Source: an uncultured virus (IMG/VR IMGVR_UViG_3300043602_000144) (lineage: Duplodnaviria; Heunggongvirae; Uroviricota; Caudoviricetes). Taken from it: 20,000 nt of DNA. The position numbers and the translations under genes were made by a program. This document shows, one piece after another, positions 1 through 10,489 of this stretch (position 1 is the stretch's first letter; the number at the start of each line of letters is the position of its first letter). The stretch lies in IMG/VR virus record IMGVR_UViG_3300043602_000144, one strand, 5' to 3'. The notes under the pieces are model-generated. The model worked only from the letters and a program-made list of their open reading frames with translations, did no database searches and was not told the origin of the DNA.

Positions 1-322
1 CGTTCCAGTACAGATAGGTGTCGCCAGCGCCGAAGTAGATCGCGCCCGTGGTTGTCGTACGAGTCGCCCGAACGTCCCGCGTAGTGAGATCGCCGGACAT
101 CGAGTCGCCGGCCTTCAAGACTCGCTTCGCCACTTCCGCATCGACGTAGGCCTTGGTCACGTCGCTGATGATCTCAGCCCAAGTCGCATCCTTGCGCCCA
201 TAGATTTTCCCAGTGACCGGCGCATCAGCGAATGTCGCGGGCAGCGGCATCCATTTCTGGTTGTCCCAGATATAGTTGCCGTATACCTGCCCCTCTATCG
301 GTGCGTCAGGAAAGTTCATCAT
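1..322 (-). CDS. Phage fibre protein, N-terminal part (runs off the window edge; absent from ORF track)
   Basis: Manual translation from ATG 322 (or 319): MMNFPDAPIEGQVYGNYIWDNQKW...FADAPVTGKIYGRKDATWAEI...TKAYVDAEVAKRVLKAGDSMSGDLT. DAPxxGxxYGRKxxxW and TKAYVD/KAGDxMSG are typical fibre motifs. Start overlaps the upstream TGA. Confidence 0.85.
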   Translation of the reverse strand, partial: MMNFPDAPIEGQVYGNYIWDNQKWMPLPATFADAPVTGKIYGRKDATWAEIISDVTKAYVDAEVAKRVLKAGDSMSGDLTTRDVRATRTTTTGAIYFGAGDTYLYWN

Positions 323-1695
323 GAGTACGGCACCGTCGGCACCGTGAAGTTCGCGGTCCAGCGCGCGACGCCCTTGCTGATGCGAAGCTCGTCCATCAGG
401 CCGTATCCCCAGTACTGCGCGCCCTCGGCATTCCACACACCGACAAACATCTGATCGTTGCCGACGCTGTAGAGCGGCAGCGTGGACCCGGCGTAGGTAC
501 TCTGCAGCACGCCGTCCTTGAACCCGTAGAACACACCGTTCTTTCGTGTGATGGCACGGTGCGACCAGACGTTGGTCGTGTACGAGCCGAGCGAAAAGTT
601 GACCAAGTCCCAAGACGTGGCGTTGTTTGACGTATAGCAATAGATCAACCCACCGGACGCCCACCCGAACAAGAACGGCTGATAGGTTCGCGTCGTGGTG
701 GTTCGCACCATCCCCGGACGACCGTCAACCATATCTGATCGCCAGTCCCACCATTCGATGGTGAAGTCGCCGCTGCCGAAGTTGAGGTCTTCGCTCCCCA
801 TCAGCACGTTGTAGAAGTTCGAAGCATTGAAGTATGACGAGCCCTGCGGCCCTCCGGCGAATGCGTTGTACGGATGGCCGTAGCCGTTACCGCCCGAGAG
901 CCCCTGCGCATAGGGCGAACTGTCTGGAAACTGCGTGCCAGCAGCGTTGGTGATGTTGTTGAAGTGATAGAGCCCGACAGTGTGCCAAGCCGACAGGTCC
1001 GGGTTCGGTCCGTAGGGGCGGCTCGGTGGTGCGAAGTTAGCAGTCCAACGTGCGATGCCTTTGCTGATTCTGATCTCGTCCAAGAGGCCCTGAAAGCCCA
1101 CGCCGTTCCAATGGCCGATGCACATCGTGTGCGACGCAGGAGCGGCTAGCAACGCTAGCGAAGAAGACCACGTCGCCGTCTGCACCCCGTTCTTGAAGTG
1201 ATAGAACGTGTTGCCGTTGCGTACGACAGCGAAGTGATTCCACACATTCAGTGTAACTGGACCGACATCGACGTTGGCGATATTCCAATTGGTGCCGTCG
1301 CTCGACATGTAACATTGGTTGCGGTTGCTAGCAGTGTGGCCGAGCAAGAAGCCTTGCACGTTGTTGTCGTTCTGCCGCCGGAACACCGCCGCGCCGTCCG
1401 TTGCGCCAGTCCGGTACTCCCACCAGTCAACCGTGAAGTTGCCTACACCGAAGTCAAAGTCGGTGCTGTTTTTGACGATCATGTAGCTGGCACCGCCACC
1501 ACCAAAAGACAGCGATGCGGTGCCGAACTTCTTGGTCGTCGGGTTGAGCGTCGCGCTGTAGGGAGTCGCGACGCACGGCGTACCGCCCTTGGCGACATTC
1601 ATCAACGACATGTCATTGAAGTGTAGTAGCAACTTGGTGTAGCTGTCGTTGCCGCTCTCCGTCGCGATCAGCGACGCCATATTCACCGGCAGCAT
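319..1695 (-). CDS. Tandem LamG/concanavalin A-like domain protein, putative fibre tip or receptor-binding protein (458 aa)
   Basis: Two homologous domains, each LxHFN...FGxGxFTxxWW...WxHxA..R.NG...G..DE.RISKG.ARWTANF..P..PY. TAATG coupling to the upstream gene. Confidence 0.85.
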   Translation of the reverse strand: MLPVNMASLIATESGNDSYTKLLLHFNDMSLMNVAKGGTPCVATPYSATLNPTTKKFGTASLSFGGGGASYMIVKNSTDFDFGVGNFTVDWWEYRTGATDGAAVFRRQNDNNVQGFLLGHTASNRNQCYMSSDGTNWNIANVDVGPVTLNVWNHFAVVRNGNTFYHFKNGVQTATWSSSLALLAAPASHTMCIGHWNGVGFQGLLDEIRISKGIARWTANFAPPSRPYGPNPDLSAWHTVGLYHFNNITNAAGTQFPDSSPYAQGLSGGNGYGHPYNAFAGGPQGSSYFNASNFYNVLMGSEDLNFGSGDFTIEWWDWRSDMVDGRPGMVRTTTTRTYQPFLFGWASGGLIYCYTSNNATSWDLVNFSLGSYTTNVWSHRAITRKNGVFYGFKDGVLQSTYAGSTLPLYSVGNDQMFVGVWNAEGAQYWGYGLMDELRISKGVARWTANFTVPTVPYS

Positions 1696-3578
1696 TATTT
1701 GAAGTCCGGGCCGATGGTGCAGTAAATGTAGTTAGCCGGGTCCTGTACCCAGTACGACAACAGATCAACCGCGTTGGGCGTTAGCGTTGGCTTGATACCG
1801 CCGGAGAATTTCCATCTCGATCCCCACGTCGTGATGCTCGCGGTCGCGGAGTTCGACAACAGAATGGTGCCGCGCTGTCCCACTTTCGCGTTGATCGGGT
1901 TGGCCAGCGTCTTGCCCGCAGCGCTGACGTAGTACCAGAAATCAAACGCCTTGCTGAAATCGAGCGTCAACACGCCAGCAATATCGGTGCCCGACACATC
2001 AAGGTTCGCCATCGCGCTCCACGCTGCACCCGACGTGAGCAGCTTGGTTGGCGCGGAGTTGGCGAGATATTCGGCGGCAGTCGCTGACGCAACCTCGGCC
2101 CACACTGCGCTCTTGCGAGCGTACATCTTGCCGTCGTTCGGAGCGTCGGTGAGATCGCCGGGATCGCCCTTTGGTCCCTGAACACCTTGATAACCCTGAT
2201 CACCCTTCAGGCCTTGTGGGCCGACCGGACCGACCGGACCCTGTACTCCCTGAATGCCTTGATCACCTTGATCGCCCTTCACACCCTGAATGCCTTGGAT
2301 ACCTTGCGGACCCATGCCAGCGACTGGAGTAGAAACAACCCACTGACTAGAGGTGCCATCATCATAGAACACGAACATGAAACCCGAGTCCGCCTCGAAC
2401 CACATGTCGCCGATTTTCGGGTTCAGCGGCGGATTATCACTGATAGAAACACGCGCGCCACTCGCCTCGATCAGTGACCACGCCTCGTTCTTGCGTCCAT
2501 AAGTTTGACCATCGCTTGGCGCTTCGTCAGCGCCCAAACTGCCGGGGTCGCCCTTTTCACCCTGAATGCCCTGCGGTCCTGTCGCGCCAGTGTTACCTGT
2601 CGGACCGATTACACCTTGATCTCCCTTGTCGCCTTTCGCACCCTGATTGCCGGTATCGCCCTTGATACCTTGTGGTCCCGTTGCACCGACAGGACCGACG
2701 ATGCCTTGGTCTCCCTTATCACCCTTGACACCTTGTGGTCCCTGTGCGCCGACCGGACCTATCGGTCCAGTGTCGCCGCGCGATCCCTGAAAACCCTGAG
2801 GCCCCTGCGGACCGACGGGACCGACCGGACCTTGCGGTCCCACTGGACCGGGCTGCCCTCGCGTGCGAAGGATGACCGTGACTTCCATATTGTTAGAGAA
2901 ATTCTGGCCGACCTGCCCGGTGTACTCCACCCACAACTCGAACCAATCGGTTCGATCGATTGCCGGAGCCAGCATCCGGAACGTCTGGTTCTGCGCCGAC
3001 ATCCCTCTGCGCTGAATGACGAACTCGTCATCGAACTTCGCAGTCGTAAACGCGATGGTTGGATCAAGACCATCTTGAGTTAATCGGTCAAAGTAAATGC
3101 GTGTTACCGCTGAGGTCGTCGTATTGTTGTAACGCAGCCGACCTGCACCTGGATCCATCGCTGACGTAGCACTGTCGAACCTATAAAGCCACATCGAGGA
3201 TGAGGCACCAGCCGGTCCCTGTGGTCCGACTGGTCCCTCAGGTCCAGGTGGTCCTGGATCTCCCTTTTCACCACCTCCTTCGCCGATGATCACGCCGTTT
3301 TCAATACGAAGCCCATCACCGATTTCCAGGCGTTGCACCGGACCACGCACCGGATCGTAGCGGCCGAGCAGCGTATTCGGATCGGCCTCCATTACGATGT
3401 CATCATTGTAGTTCGAGAAGATACCTTCCATCAAAGGCTGACCGTTTTCGTCTTCCTGAAGACGATTGACGAGCCATGCCAGCGGATCGGCAGGAGGTGT
3501 CGGCGGCGCACCGGACGGACCCGGTATTGCCGTGAAGCCTCGCATCCGCGCCTTTGATTTACTGCTCGCGCTGCTCAT
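1695..3578 (-). CDS. Collagen-like phage fibre protein (~627 aa)
   Basis: Three Gly-X-Y tracts, two [DE]APxDGxxYxRKxxxW motifs, a PxNPxxGDMWF motif and a C-terminal TLANP...GQRG...WKF.GG.KPTL...AVDLLSY domain. Start placed at ATG 3578 (ATGA overlap, upstream GAGGG) rather than 3596. Confidence 0.88.
   Translation of the reverse strand: MSSASSKSKARMRGFTAIPGPSGAPPTPPADPLAWLVNRLQEDENGQPLMEGIFSNYNDDIVMEADPNTLLGRYDPVRGPVQRLEIGDGLRIENGVIIGEGGGEKGDPGPPGPEGPVGPQGPAGASSSMWLYRFDSATSAMDPGAGRLRYNNTTTSAVTRIYFDRLTQDGLDPTIAFTTAKFDDEFVIQRRGMSAQNQTFRMLAPAIDRTDWFELWVEYTGQVGQNFSNNMEVTVILRTRGQPGPVGPQGPVGPVGPQGPQGFQGSRGDTGPIGPVGAQGPQGVKGDKGDQGIVGPVGATGPQGIKGDTGNQGAKGDKGDQGVIGPTGNTGATGPQGIQGEKGDPGSLGADEAPSDGQTYGRKNEAWSLIEASGARVSISDNPPLNPKIGDMWFEADSGFMFVFYDDGTSSQWVVSTPVAGMGPQGIQGIQGVKGDQGDQGIQGVQGPVGPVGPQGLKGDQGYQGVQGPKGDPGDLTDAPNDGKMYARKSAVWAEVASATAAEYLANSAPTKLLTSGAAWSAMANLDVSGTDIAGVLTLDFSKAFDFWYYVSAAGKTLANPINAKVGQRGTILLSNSATASITTWGSRWKFSGGIKPTLTPNAVDLLSYWVQDPANYIYCTIGPDFK
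2155..3272 (-). repeat. Collagen Gly-X-Y coding repeats in three tracts (~18, ~36 and ~8 triplets at ~2155-2312, ~2540-2858 and ~3207-3272)
   Basis: Counted from the translation (GPQ/GPV/GDQ/GIQ...); 9-bp periodicity in the DNA. Confidence 0.93.
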
Positions 3579-6500
3579 GCAGCCCTCTTCCTCCACTCAG
3601 CTGTTCCAGGATTGACCCACCCTCTGGTGCCTGGATTGACCCATCCTGCCGTCCCTGCATACACCCATGTCGTAGTGCCTGGATACGATCCAGGAAGCGG
3701 ATCTGGTTCTGGATAAGCCGGATAGCCGACATTGCCTTCCCCGGCCAACGTCGAGTAGGACGAAGGAAGAACACCAAGACCATAGATAAAGTCGTTGCCT
3801 GAAATAACAGAATTCAGTGCATCAAGATCGCCGGTGCCATAGGCAGTCAGCGAAGCGAAGCCAGACATCAGCGCGCGCTTGGCTGCGAGCAGACCAGAGC
3901 CGGTCGCCTGAACCACAGCTATCGCATCGAGAACAGAACGTCCTGATGGCAACAGACCAGTGCCGAAAGATCTTCCAAGACCGATACCTGAAGCCGCATG
4001 ATCCTGAGAAAATAGAGCGCCGGAACCTGTATGACGCGCAGCGCCAACGCCTGCAATCACTCTGGATTGCGCCTGAAGCGCGCCAGCACCTTGAATGACA
4101 ACTACGCCCTCCGCCCCGAACACGCTTGCACGAGCGGAGAGGAGGGACGCCGAGCCTGCGGAGGACGAGGCCCCGAGGCTAGCCGTAGTCGCTGCTACAG
4201 AAGTCAGGACGCCGAGGCCTGACCACCGAGCAAGACCCGCTCCAGCAGCAACGCTGACGGAGGAGGCAAGAACACCTGAAGCAATCCACGTCGCAGCACC
4301 AGAACCGGATACTGTGGCACTCTGCGCGTTTAGAATTCCAGACGCGGTGAGTGCTGCACTGCCGACGCCGGTGACGGAAGAAGCATCCGATAGAAGTATA
4401 CCTGTCCCGGTCGGGGCTGCAGCGATGCCGCCCACGCCAGACGCTACTGAGATTCCTGCGCTCAGCGTCGCCGTGCCAGAAGAGATACTCTTGCCAGAAG
4501 CAGTAATGACGCAGGCCGTCGGTACGAGGAGGGAGGCTCCCTGTGTTCCCGACAGACCTGCGCCAGCCAGAGCGGCTGTTGCGTCAAGCAGCGCACCCGT
4601 GCCTAGTGATCTCGATACAGCAGCGCCGACTGCGACCGCACTCTGCGACTGCAACGTGCCGACACCGCTGACGATGACTACGCCTTGGAAACCAGATACT
4701 GAAGCGAGTGAAGCTTGCAGCGCCGATGCTGTTTGCGTTGATGACGATGCACCCGCGCCCGCGAGCGATGCAGCATTGGCGTTGAGTACGGCTGTCGCAA
4801 TCCACTGCACAACGCCAGCGCTGACCATGGTCGCGGTCGACGCACTGAGTATTCCAGTGCCGACCCAGCGTGCAACGCCAGCACCACTCAGCGTCGCGAA
4901 CGAAGTCAGCGCCCCTGTGCCTGTTGCAGTGTTAAGTCCAACACCGACAAGCGTCGCAACGGAGCATGCGAGCGTGCCGGTGCCGGTCGTCCGACTGATG
5001 CCAACGGACCCGATGGCTGCAGCCGAGACAGACAACGAAGCTGAAGTGCTGACCGAGCGCGAGAGCCCTGCTCCGGCTGTCACTGCAGCTGATGGTGCAA
5101 GCGCACCGAGCGTACTGACTGAACGCGAAACACCGACGCCAGCAAGTGTAGACAGTGTCAGGACCGGAAGCGTGCCGGTACCAACCGAACGAGACAGGCC
5201 GGTGCCTGCGACAACCGCCTGCGTTGCGACCAGGACACCCGTGCCGGTGGCCGGTGCAAGCGCCGCCGTCGCGGACAGTTCAACCCAGGCGATGACCGCC
5301 CGAAACTGGGTGATGACATCGCCAGCACCAGCGACCACACCAGCGCCGGATGTCAGCGCGCCTGTACCGAAAGCCGGGACCAAACCGCTGCCGACGACGA
5401 CACTGCCAACCGCAGCCAGAGCGCCAGTGCCAGTGACCGTAGCCACCGGGTCCGCGACCGTGCCAACGCCAGCAAGCGTACTCGACGCGGATAACAAACC
5501 ACCGAGCGCAACGAAGCTGATGACGCAGTCGAGGTCATACGCACCAAATGACTGCCAGCCGGTGGTGCCGTCGTTGTAGAAAAACTCGCCACCCGCATAG
5601 GCGTTCACAAACAGCAAATTGAACTGAAGAATGTCGTTGCCGTCGACTGGCGGCAGAGTGCGTGTAGCAGTCAAAGCGTATTCAGTGCCGGGCGTGACAG
5701 ATACGGGCGGCGAGAAGGTAAATTCTACCAACGTCATCGTGTTGGAAATTGAACTCACAGCAACAACAGATGACGCCCCAATCTCTGTCAGCGGCTTGTG
5801 CGCAGCGTCAACTGTGCGCAGCTTGGCCTGAACATCACCAGCGGATGGGCCAAAATGATTTAGGGCGACTTTGAATTTAGAAACTGCCGACCCGGTAGCA
5901 ACAAAGGTCTGAGCTATGCTGCCAGCAGCTAAAACCTGAGCCGCTGCACTTGCATCGTGGATAACGAGATCGCTGGCGGCACCACCCGCTGCCGCGCCGG
6001 TTGACCCCGACAAGCCAACACCGGACATGGTGCCTTGGATCGGTGCCAGCCCCACCGCATCGGCCACGCTGATGAAGCTGTAGAGATCGTAGTTGCCGCT
6101 GATCCACTGCACCCAGTTGGTGCCGTCGAACTGATAGACGGTGAGCGTAGTGCCGCCATAGCATTCGTTGACAACACTGACGTAGTAGCGATTGGCACTG
6201 ACCGCGCCGGTTCGCTCCAGCACGTAGATATATTCGGTGCCGACACTGACCGGGACCGGCGTCGGGAATACGAAATCAACTGGCTGGCCAGCGCCAACCG
6301 GAAACTCCGCGCCGCGAACCACATTGGATGACGTACCAACTTGCGCTACGGGCGCGTGGTTACCATCGACGGTGTATATCTTAACAACCGCACCATCGAC
6401 CGGCGTCGCTCCGGCCAACGTGTACATCGACTGGAAGCGGACCTTGGTGATCAGCTTCGCGGTGGCGACAAAGCCTTGACCGATCTTCGGATGCGCGGCG

Positions 6501-9500
6501 TCACCGAAGTTTGTGGCACCAGCATAGCTGCCGCTGGCGATGTCTATCAGCGCCGGGTTGAGCAGCGCGCCTGTGCCGTTTGAGCCAGATACACCAGAGC
6601 CGGACAGCGCCGCGACACTGGTTAGAACACCCGTGCCAGTGGCAGGGGGATTAAGGATAGTGCCAGCACCACTCGCGCTCGCGACGCTTGCACTGAGCGC
6701 GCCGGTCGCGTTCCAGCTTGCGATGCCGGTGCCGATCAAGGTTTCGGCAGAAGGCGGAAGGATATCCGGCCCAAAGGTTGGGAGGTAAGAGCGAGCGACC
6801 GTTCCCTTATCTATCTGTGCGCCCCACGCATAGATAGTCGAGCCGTTGCCTACATAGTTAGTTGCTCCGGTGTCGCCAGTCTTGATCCCAATTATGAACG
6901 ACTGAGACGATGGGCCAGCAATTGTGAATACGGCAGAGCAACGATACCAGCCATTAGCTATCGCTTGAATTGAATGCGAGATGACGCTGGCGTGTTTTGA
7001 ACCAACCACGCCACCAGCAAGATCGAAGTTTGCCCAGATCGATCCTGTTGTTTGAAGCTGCGCCCAAGAGCGCGTACCAGCTTTGATGTAGACGGAGAAG
7101 GTGACAACATCCCCAATAATCAAGTCGGGAGCAACAACATTTAGAAAGAAAGTAGTATTGATAGTGTGCTGACCACTGTTGACAGTGTCAGCAAGTTGCT
7201 CCGCCGTCGTAGTCCCATCTGGAGCAACAACAGCATCAGCTACTCTCGTTATGTACGTAGTCGATCCAACCCATGTCGGGTCGTCTAGATTCTGCGAGTT
7301 CTTTGCATAGTTAGTTCGGACAGAGCCGACCGCCGTCAGCACACCCGTGCCAACCGATGCCACCACGCCTTGGCCGACAATCGTCGCGCTCTGCGCGTTG
7401 AGCGTGCCGGTGCCAGCACTGGCTACGATACCGGAACCGGAAACTGAGGACGTAGCAGCGGCCAACGCACCATTGTTCGCAACGGTCAGCGTTTCGCCCA
7501 TCCATGACAGGAAGCCGGATGGTGCGGTCTGGGTTAACTCAGCAGCCCTTGTGCGAATAGTGAATGTGCCGTTTTGCGACCACAACGCATGGTCAACTGC
7601 GGCGGCAGACGAGAAATCGATACCGCCAACGCCGGTTGCAGGGTCATTGGCGACATTGTCGTTCCAGTCACGGGTGGTGCGAACCCAAAACAGTTTTGCC
7701 CCGGTGTCCCATGCCAGACTGATAACTCCACCATCGGCAGGAGCAGCAGTGGTAATTCCCGAGTAAGTATCTCCAATATAAATGTCGCCAAAACCATTAA
7801 CGCGGGCCGCAAACGGTGTACCAGATACAGCGGCAGATGCATCCTTGATGCCTACGTTGCAGGAAGATATAGCGAACCTGGTTACGGTTTGTATTTCCGC
7901 ATAATATTTCCCTGCGGCACCATTTAATCGTTTTGTTGTTGAACGAACAGCGGAAGTGGTGCTGGGATTATTTGCCGTCTTGTCGCCATTCGACAGAACT
8001 GTATTTGTGCTTTTGTCGTTGACGTTCCACGCATCAGCCGTTGCCGGAGCGCGAACCACAGACTCGTTGTATTTCCATGTACCGTTGTCGTTGACGATGT
8101 AGCCGACGACATCATAGCCAGCGCGCGAATAGAGTGAACCGCTGGCGCTGCGCGATGCATTGGTATCAACAGCCGCAACCGTACCAACAAAGAACGATAC
8201 CGCAGTACCAAACGTCGCACCGTCATCAGTTGATTTGATCGTGTAGAGGTCGCTGTCCGCAGCATTTCGGTAGATAATAGATACATCGCCGGTGACTGGA
8301 TCGGCCCCGACGCGGTGCGGGTTCGAGTTATTTACGGCGGATGCTGCAGTGATAAAACTAGGTGTCGGATTATCAGAACTATCGAATCGACCAACAAGCT
8401 GCGTTGTACCACCACTGATAAACACAACCTTGGTCGTACCAGCCCGGTCGTAGCTGACGCCGTCAACTGGACTGAGCGCACTAGCAGACGTTCCGCTAGT
8501 GTTGAGAGCGTTAGCCGCCGACAATGTACGATATGCAGAATTTGGATTAGCCCAAACAAAGTGGACTCGGTCCGCTGCGCCTAAGATTGCAACCGGAAAA
8601 TTGTTGTCAAACGCCGTGTTCGGATCGACCATCGTCTCGGTCGACCAAGTGTTGACCGCAGTACGACGCCGATAATAAACGTGCGCACGAAACGTGCCTG
8701 ATACCTTGGCCTGCACACCGCTGTAGAACGCAACCACCTCACCATTGCCGCGAACGACAAGCGAAGCACCAGCTCCGGCTCCGGCAATTTGTCCGGTGAC
8801 GGCAACCGCCGCCGACACCGTCTCTATGGTGGCGAGGAACGTGTCGGTCGAGGCATCGAACGAAACGTACTTAGTTGCGAATAGCGTTGATGCGGTGCCG
8901 TCGTTCACCAGCAAGTGGATGATGCTACCGACTTGATACCCGGCAAGGTTCAGAATTGCAGTCGTGAAGCCGGTCTTGGTGGCGATGCTGGCCCATGAAG
9001 TGTCGGGAGCGCCAGGAGCCAAGGCATTGATAACCACTGACCAGTCGTTGGTCTGTGACAGCCAGTTCGTACTACTGCCGGTATATCGGTTGCCGCCAGC
9101 ATAGGTGCTGGTGCCGGATGCTGCTGCTGCGTAGATTTGATAATAATTCGACGCATCGCTGGTTGTAGTCGCTTTTGTGAAAACGGCAGCATATTGGGTT
9201 GAAGCTGACGGGACGAACGGAGTCGGGAAACTAAATATGGTGAGACTGCCACCGGCAATAATGCTAGCCGCAGCAACAACATTCGATGTCGCCAGTGCGG
9301 TGCCGGTCGGCGCACCTGCGCTGGTAGCAAAAATTTCAACCCTGACATTTTCAGTTGGACTGCCTACCTTGCCAACAATAAAACTTATATCGGAAATTGG
9401 TGCAGCCGCAGCATCTGTGGTCCATGTTTGAGCATGTCTGTAGTTACTGGCAGTAGACCCACACGCGGTTGCTCCGCCCGCCGTTCCGGTGCCGGTGACG

Positions 9501-10144
9501 ACATAGCCGGATGACAACGCCTTGAACGCCTGCAACGTCGTCGCGGTGGTGCCGTCACGTCCGAAGAAGTAGTAGGCGTCGGAGGCAAGGGTGACTGAAC
9601 TGTTTACCTTGAAGCCCAGATCAGAAATACCAGTCGCCCACGCAGAGCCATTGTGAGTATACGGAACCCCGCCTGCGTACGCGTTAGCGTTTTGGTTGCC
9701 GATTATAAAATAGTTTGCCGCATCAAGCGCGCCAGTTCGGCGAAACACCACACCGAAGGTCGCGCTTGCTGAAATTGTTGGTGGCGATGCGAATGTGAAA
9801 TTCGAAGCAACCATAGAGGTAGTAAGCGAAGCGCCTGAAATAGAATTGCTGGTCGCAACAACAGTGCCGGATGGATCGGTTGCCGTTATTTCGCAATAGA
9901 TGTTGTCTGTCGGTGCGCCAGTCTTACCAAGGTTGATCGTGATGCTAGAAATATTAATAGATGAGCTTCCGTTGGTAACACCTTGTCCAGTAGCGGTGCG
10001 AGCCGCTGAGTCGCCAAGTGCAAAGGAAAAAGTCCCCGGCCCAATATCAATTGCAAGAACAGCATAACTCCCCGCCGCCACCTTGAACGGCCCAACCGGC
10101 GCAACCGCCGTCGAGATGCCAGTGATGGTGACGGGTAGAGCCAT
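3575..10144 (-). CDS. Giant multidomain virion fibre/adhesin-like protein (2189 aa)
   Basis: Ala/Gly/Ser/Thr-rich. N-terminal beta-rich region with an Asp-box (KSTDDGATF), four homologous ~150-aa beta-domains, a SPRY-like domain (~7500-8035), a carbohydrate-binding-like domain (APDGTTTA...WGAQ...SYLPT, ~6780-7320) and a ~21-aa repeat rod. Confidence 0.85.
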   Translation of the reverse strand: MALPVTITGISTAVAPVGPFKVAAGSYAVLAIDIGPGTFSFALGDSAARTATGQGVTNGSSSINISSITINLGKTGAPTDNIYCEITATDPSGTVVATSNSISGASLTTSMVASNFTFASPPTISASATFGVVFRRTGALDAANYFIIGNQNANAYAGGVPYTHNGSAWATGISDLGFKVNSSVTLASDAYYFFGRDGTTATTLQAFKALSSGYVVTGTGTAGGATACGSTASNYRHAQTWTTDAAAAPISDISFIVGKVGSPTENVRVEIFATSAGAPTGTALATSNVVAAASIIAGGSLTIFSFPTPFVPSASTQYAAVFTKATTTSDASNYYQIYAAAASGTSTYAGGNRYTGSSTNWLSQTNDWSVVINALAPGAPDTSWASIATKTGFTTAILNLAGYQVGSIIHLLVNDGTASTLFATKYVSFDASTDTFLATIETVSAAVAVTGQIAGAGAGASLVVRGNGEVVAFYSGVQAKVSGTFRAHVYYRRRTAVNTWSTETMVDPNTAFDNNFPVAILGAADRVHFVWANPNSAYRTLSAANALNTSGTSASALSPVDGVSYDRAGTTKVVFISGGTTQLVGRFDSSDNPTPSFITAASAVNNSNPHRVGADPVTGDVSIIYRNAADSDLYTIKSTDDGATFGTAVSFFVGTVAAVDTNASRSASGSLYSRAGYDVVGYIVNDNGTWKYNESVVRAPATADAWNVNDKSTNTVLSNGDKTANNPSTTSAVRSTTKRLNGAAGKYYAEIQTVTRFAISSCNVGIKDASAAVSGTPFAARVNGFGDIYIGDTYSGITTAAPADGGVISLAWDTGAKLFWVRTTRDWNDNVANDPATGVGGIDFSSAAAVDHALWSQNGTFTIRTRAAELTQTAPSGFLSWMGETLTVANNGALAAATSSVSGSGIVASAGTGTLNAQSATIVGQGVVASVGTGVLTAVGSVRTNYAKNSQNLDDPTWVGSTTYITRVADAVVAPDGTTTAEQLADTVNSGQHTINTTFFLNVVAPDLIIGDVVTFSVYIKAGTRSWAQLQTTGSIWANFDLAGGVVGSKHASVISHSIQAIANGWYRCSAVFTIAGPSSQSFIIGIKTGDTGATNYVGNGSTIYAWGAQIDKGTVARSYLPTFGPDILPPSAETLIGTGIASWNATGALSASVASASGAGTILNPPATGTGVLTSVAALSGSGVSGSNGTGALLNPALIDIASGSYAGATNFGDAAHPKIGQGFVATAKLITKVRFQSMYTLAGATPVDGAVVKIYTVDGNHAPVAQVGTSSNVVRGAEFPVGAGQPVDFVFPTPVPVSVGTEYIYVLERTGAVSANRYYVSVVNECYGGTTLTVYQFDGTNWVQWISGNYDLYSFISVADAVGLAPIQGTMSGVGLSGSTGAAAGGAASDLVIHDASAAAQVLAAGSIAQTFVATGSAVSKFKVALNHFGPSAGDVQAKLRTVDAAHKPLTEIGASSVVAVSSISNTMTLVEFTFSPPVSVTPGTEYALTATRTLPPVDGNDILQFNLLFVNAYAGGEFFYNDGTTGWQSFGAYDLDCVISFVALGGLLSASSTLAGVGTVADPVATVTGTGALAAVGSVVVGSGLVPAFGTGALTSGAGVVAGAGDVITQFRAVIAWVELSATAALAPATGTGVLVATQAVVAGTGLSRSVGTGTLPVLTLSTLAGVGVSRSVSTLGALAPSAAVTAGAGLSRSVSTSASLSVSAAAIGSVGISRTTGTGTLACSVATLVGVGLNTATGTGALTSFATLSGAGVARWVGTGILSASTATMVSAGVVQWIATAVLNANAASLAGAGASSSTQTASALQASLASVSGFQGVVIVSGVGTLQSQSAVAVGAAVSRSLGTGALLDATAALAGAGLSGTQGASLLVPTACVITASGKSISSGTATLSAGISVASGVGGIAAAPTGTGILLSDASSVTGVGSAALTASGILNAQSATVSGSGAATWIASGVLASSVSVAAGAGLARWSGLGVLTSVAATTASLGASSSAGSASLLSARASVFGAEGVVVIQGAGALQAQSRVIAGVGAARHTGSGALFSQDHAASGIGLGRSFGTGLLPSGRSVLDAIAVVQATGSGLLAAKRALMSGFASLTAYGTGDLDALNSVISGNDFIYGLGVLPSSYSTLAGEGNVGYPAYPEPDPLPGSYPGTTTWVYAGTAGWVNPGTRGWVNPGTAEWRKRAA
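3730..5260 (-). repeat. ~24 tandem degenerate ~21-aa repeats, consensus xGxGxLxxxxAxxxGxGxxxx
   Basis: Examples: [21 protein letters not shown] / [21 protein letters not shown] / [21 protein letters not shown] / [21 protein letters not shown]. Further copies are dispersed up to ~7475. Confidence 0.85.
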
Positions 10145-10489
10145 TTATTTCCCGATCAGTTCGCGCCCACGGTCGAAGATCGCCTTGGTCATGTCGCCGC
10201 GCCTGATCGCGATCCGACGCCCGACGCGGTCGCTCGCCTTGTAAAGCTCACGGCAGTCGAACGTGCGGCACACCCACGGCGCGTGATCATGGATCGAGCA
10301 GCCGTACTTATCGAGATAGATGCAGTCGCCGTTGTCTTTCCGGTTCAGGATCAGATACGGCTCCTTGCCGGGCGTGTAGCACATCGCCGTGTCGTACAGC
10401 GCGGCGTTGTCGCCACGCTCCGGCAGGATCGGCGTCATCATCTTGCAGCACAGTTGACAGGTGCCGCACGGCACAACCTTGCGGGTCAT
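10145..10489 (-). CDS. YkgJ-like CxxCxxCC cysteine-cluster protein (114 aa)
   Basis: PCGTCQLCC...GDCIYL...GCSIHDHAPWVCRTFDC. Start ATG 10489 overlaps the upstream TGA; the 63-aa extension in the ORF track overlaps the upstream gene and is probably not real. Confidence 0.85.
   Translation of the reverse strand: MTRKVVPCGTCQLCCKMMTPILPERGDNAALYDTAMCYTPGKEPYLILNRKDNGDCIYLDKYGCSIHDHAPWVCRTFDCRELYKASDRVGRRIAIRRGDMTKAIFDRGRELIGK

Noticed and set aside
319..1695. DGR template/variable repeat pair (the two LamG domain ends are similar)
   Set aside because: Both copies are in-frame coding, differences are not adenine-specific, and no reverse transcriptase is in the window.
4095..5579. 494-aa plus-strand ORF
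   Set aside because: Antisense shadow of the Ala/Gly/Ser/Val repeat rod; low-complexity T/P/A product with no independent support.
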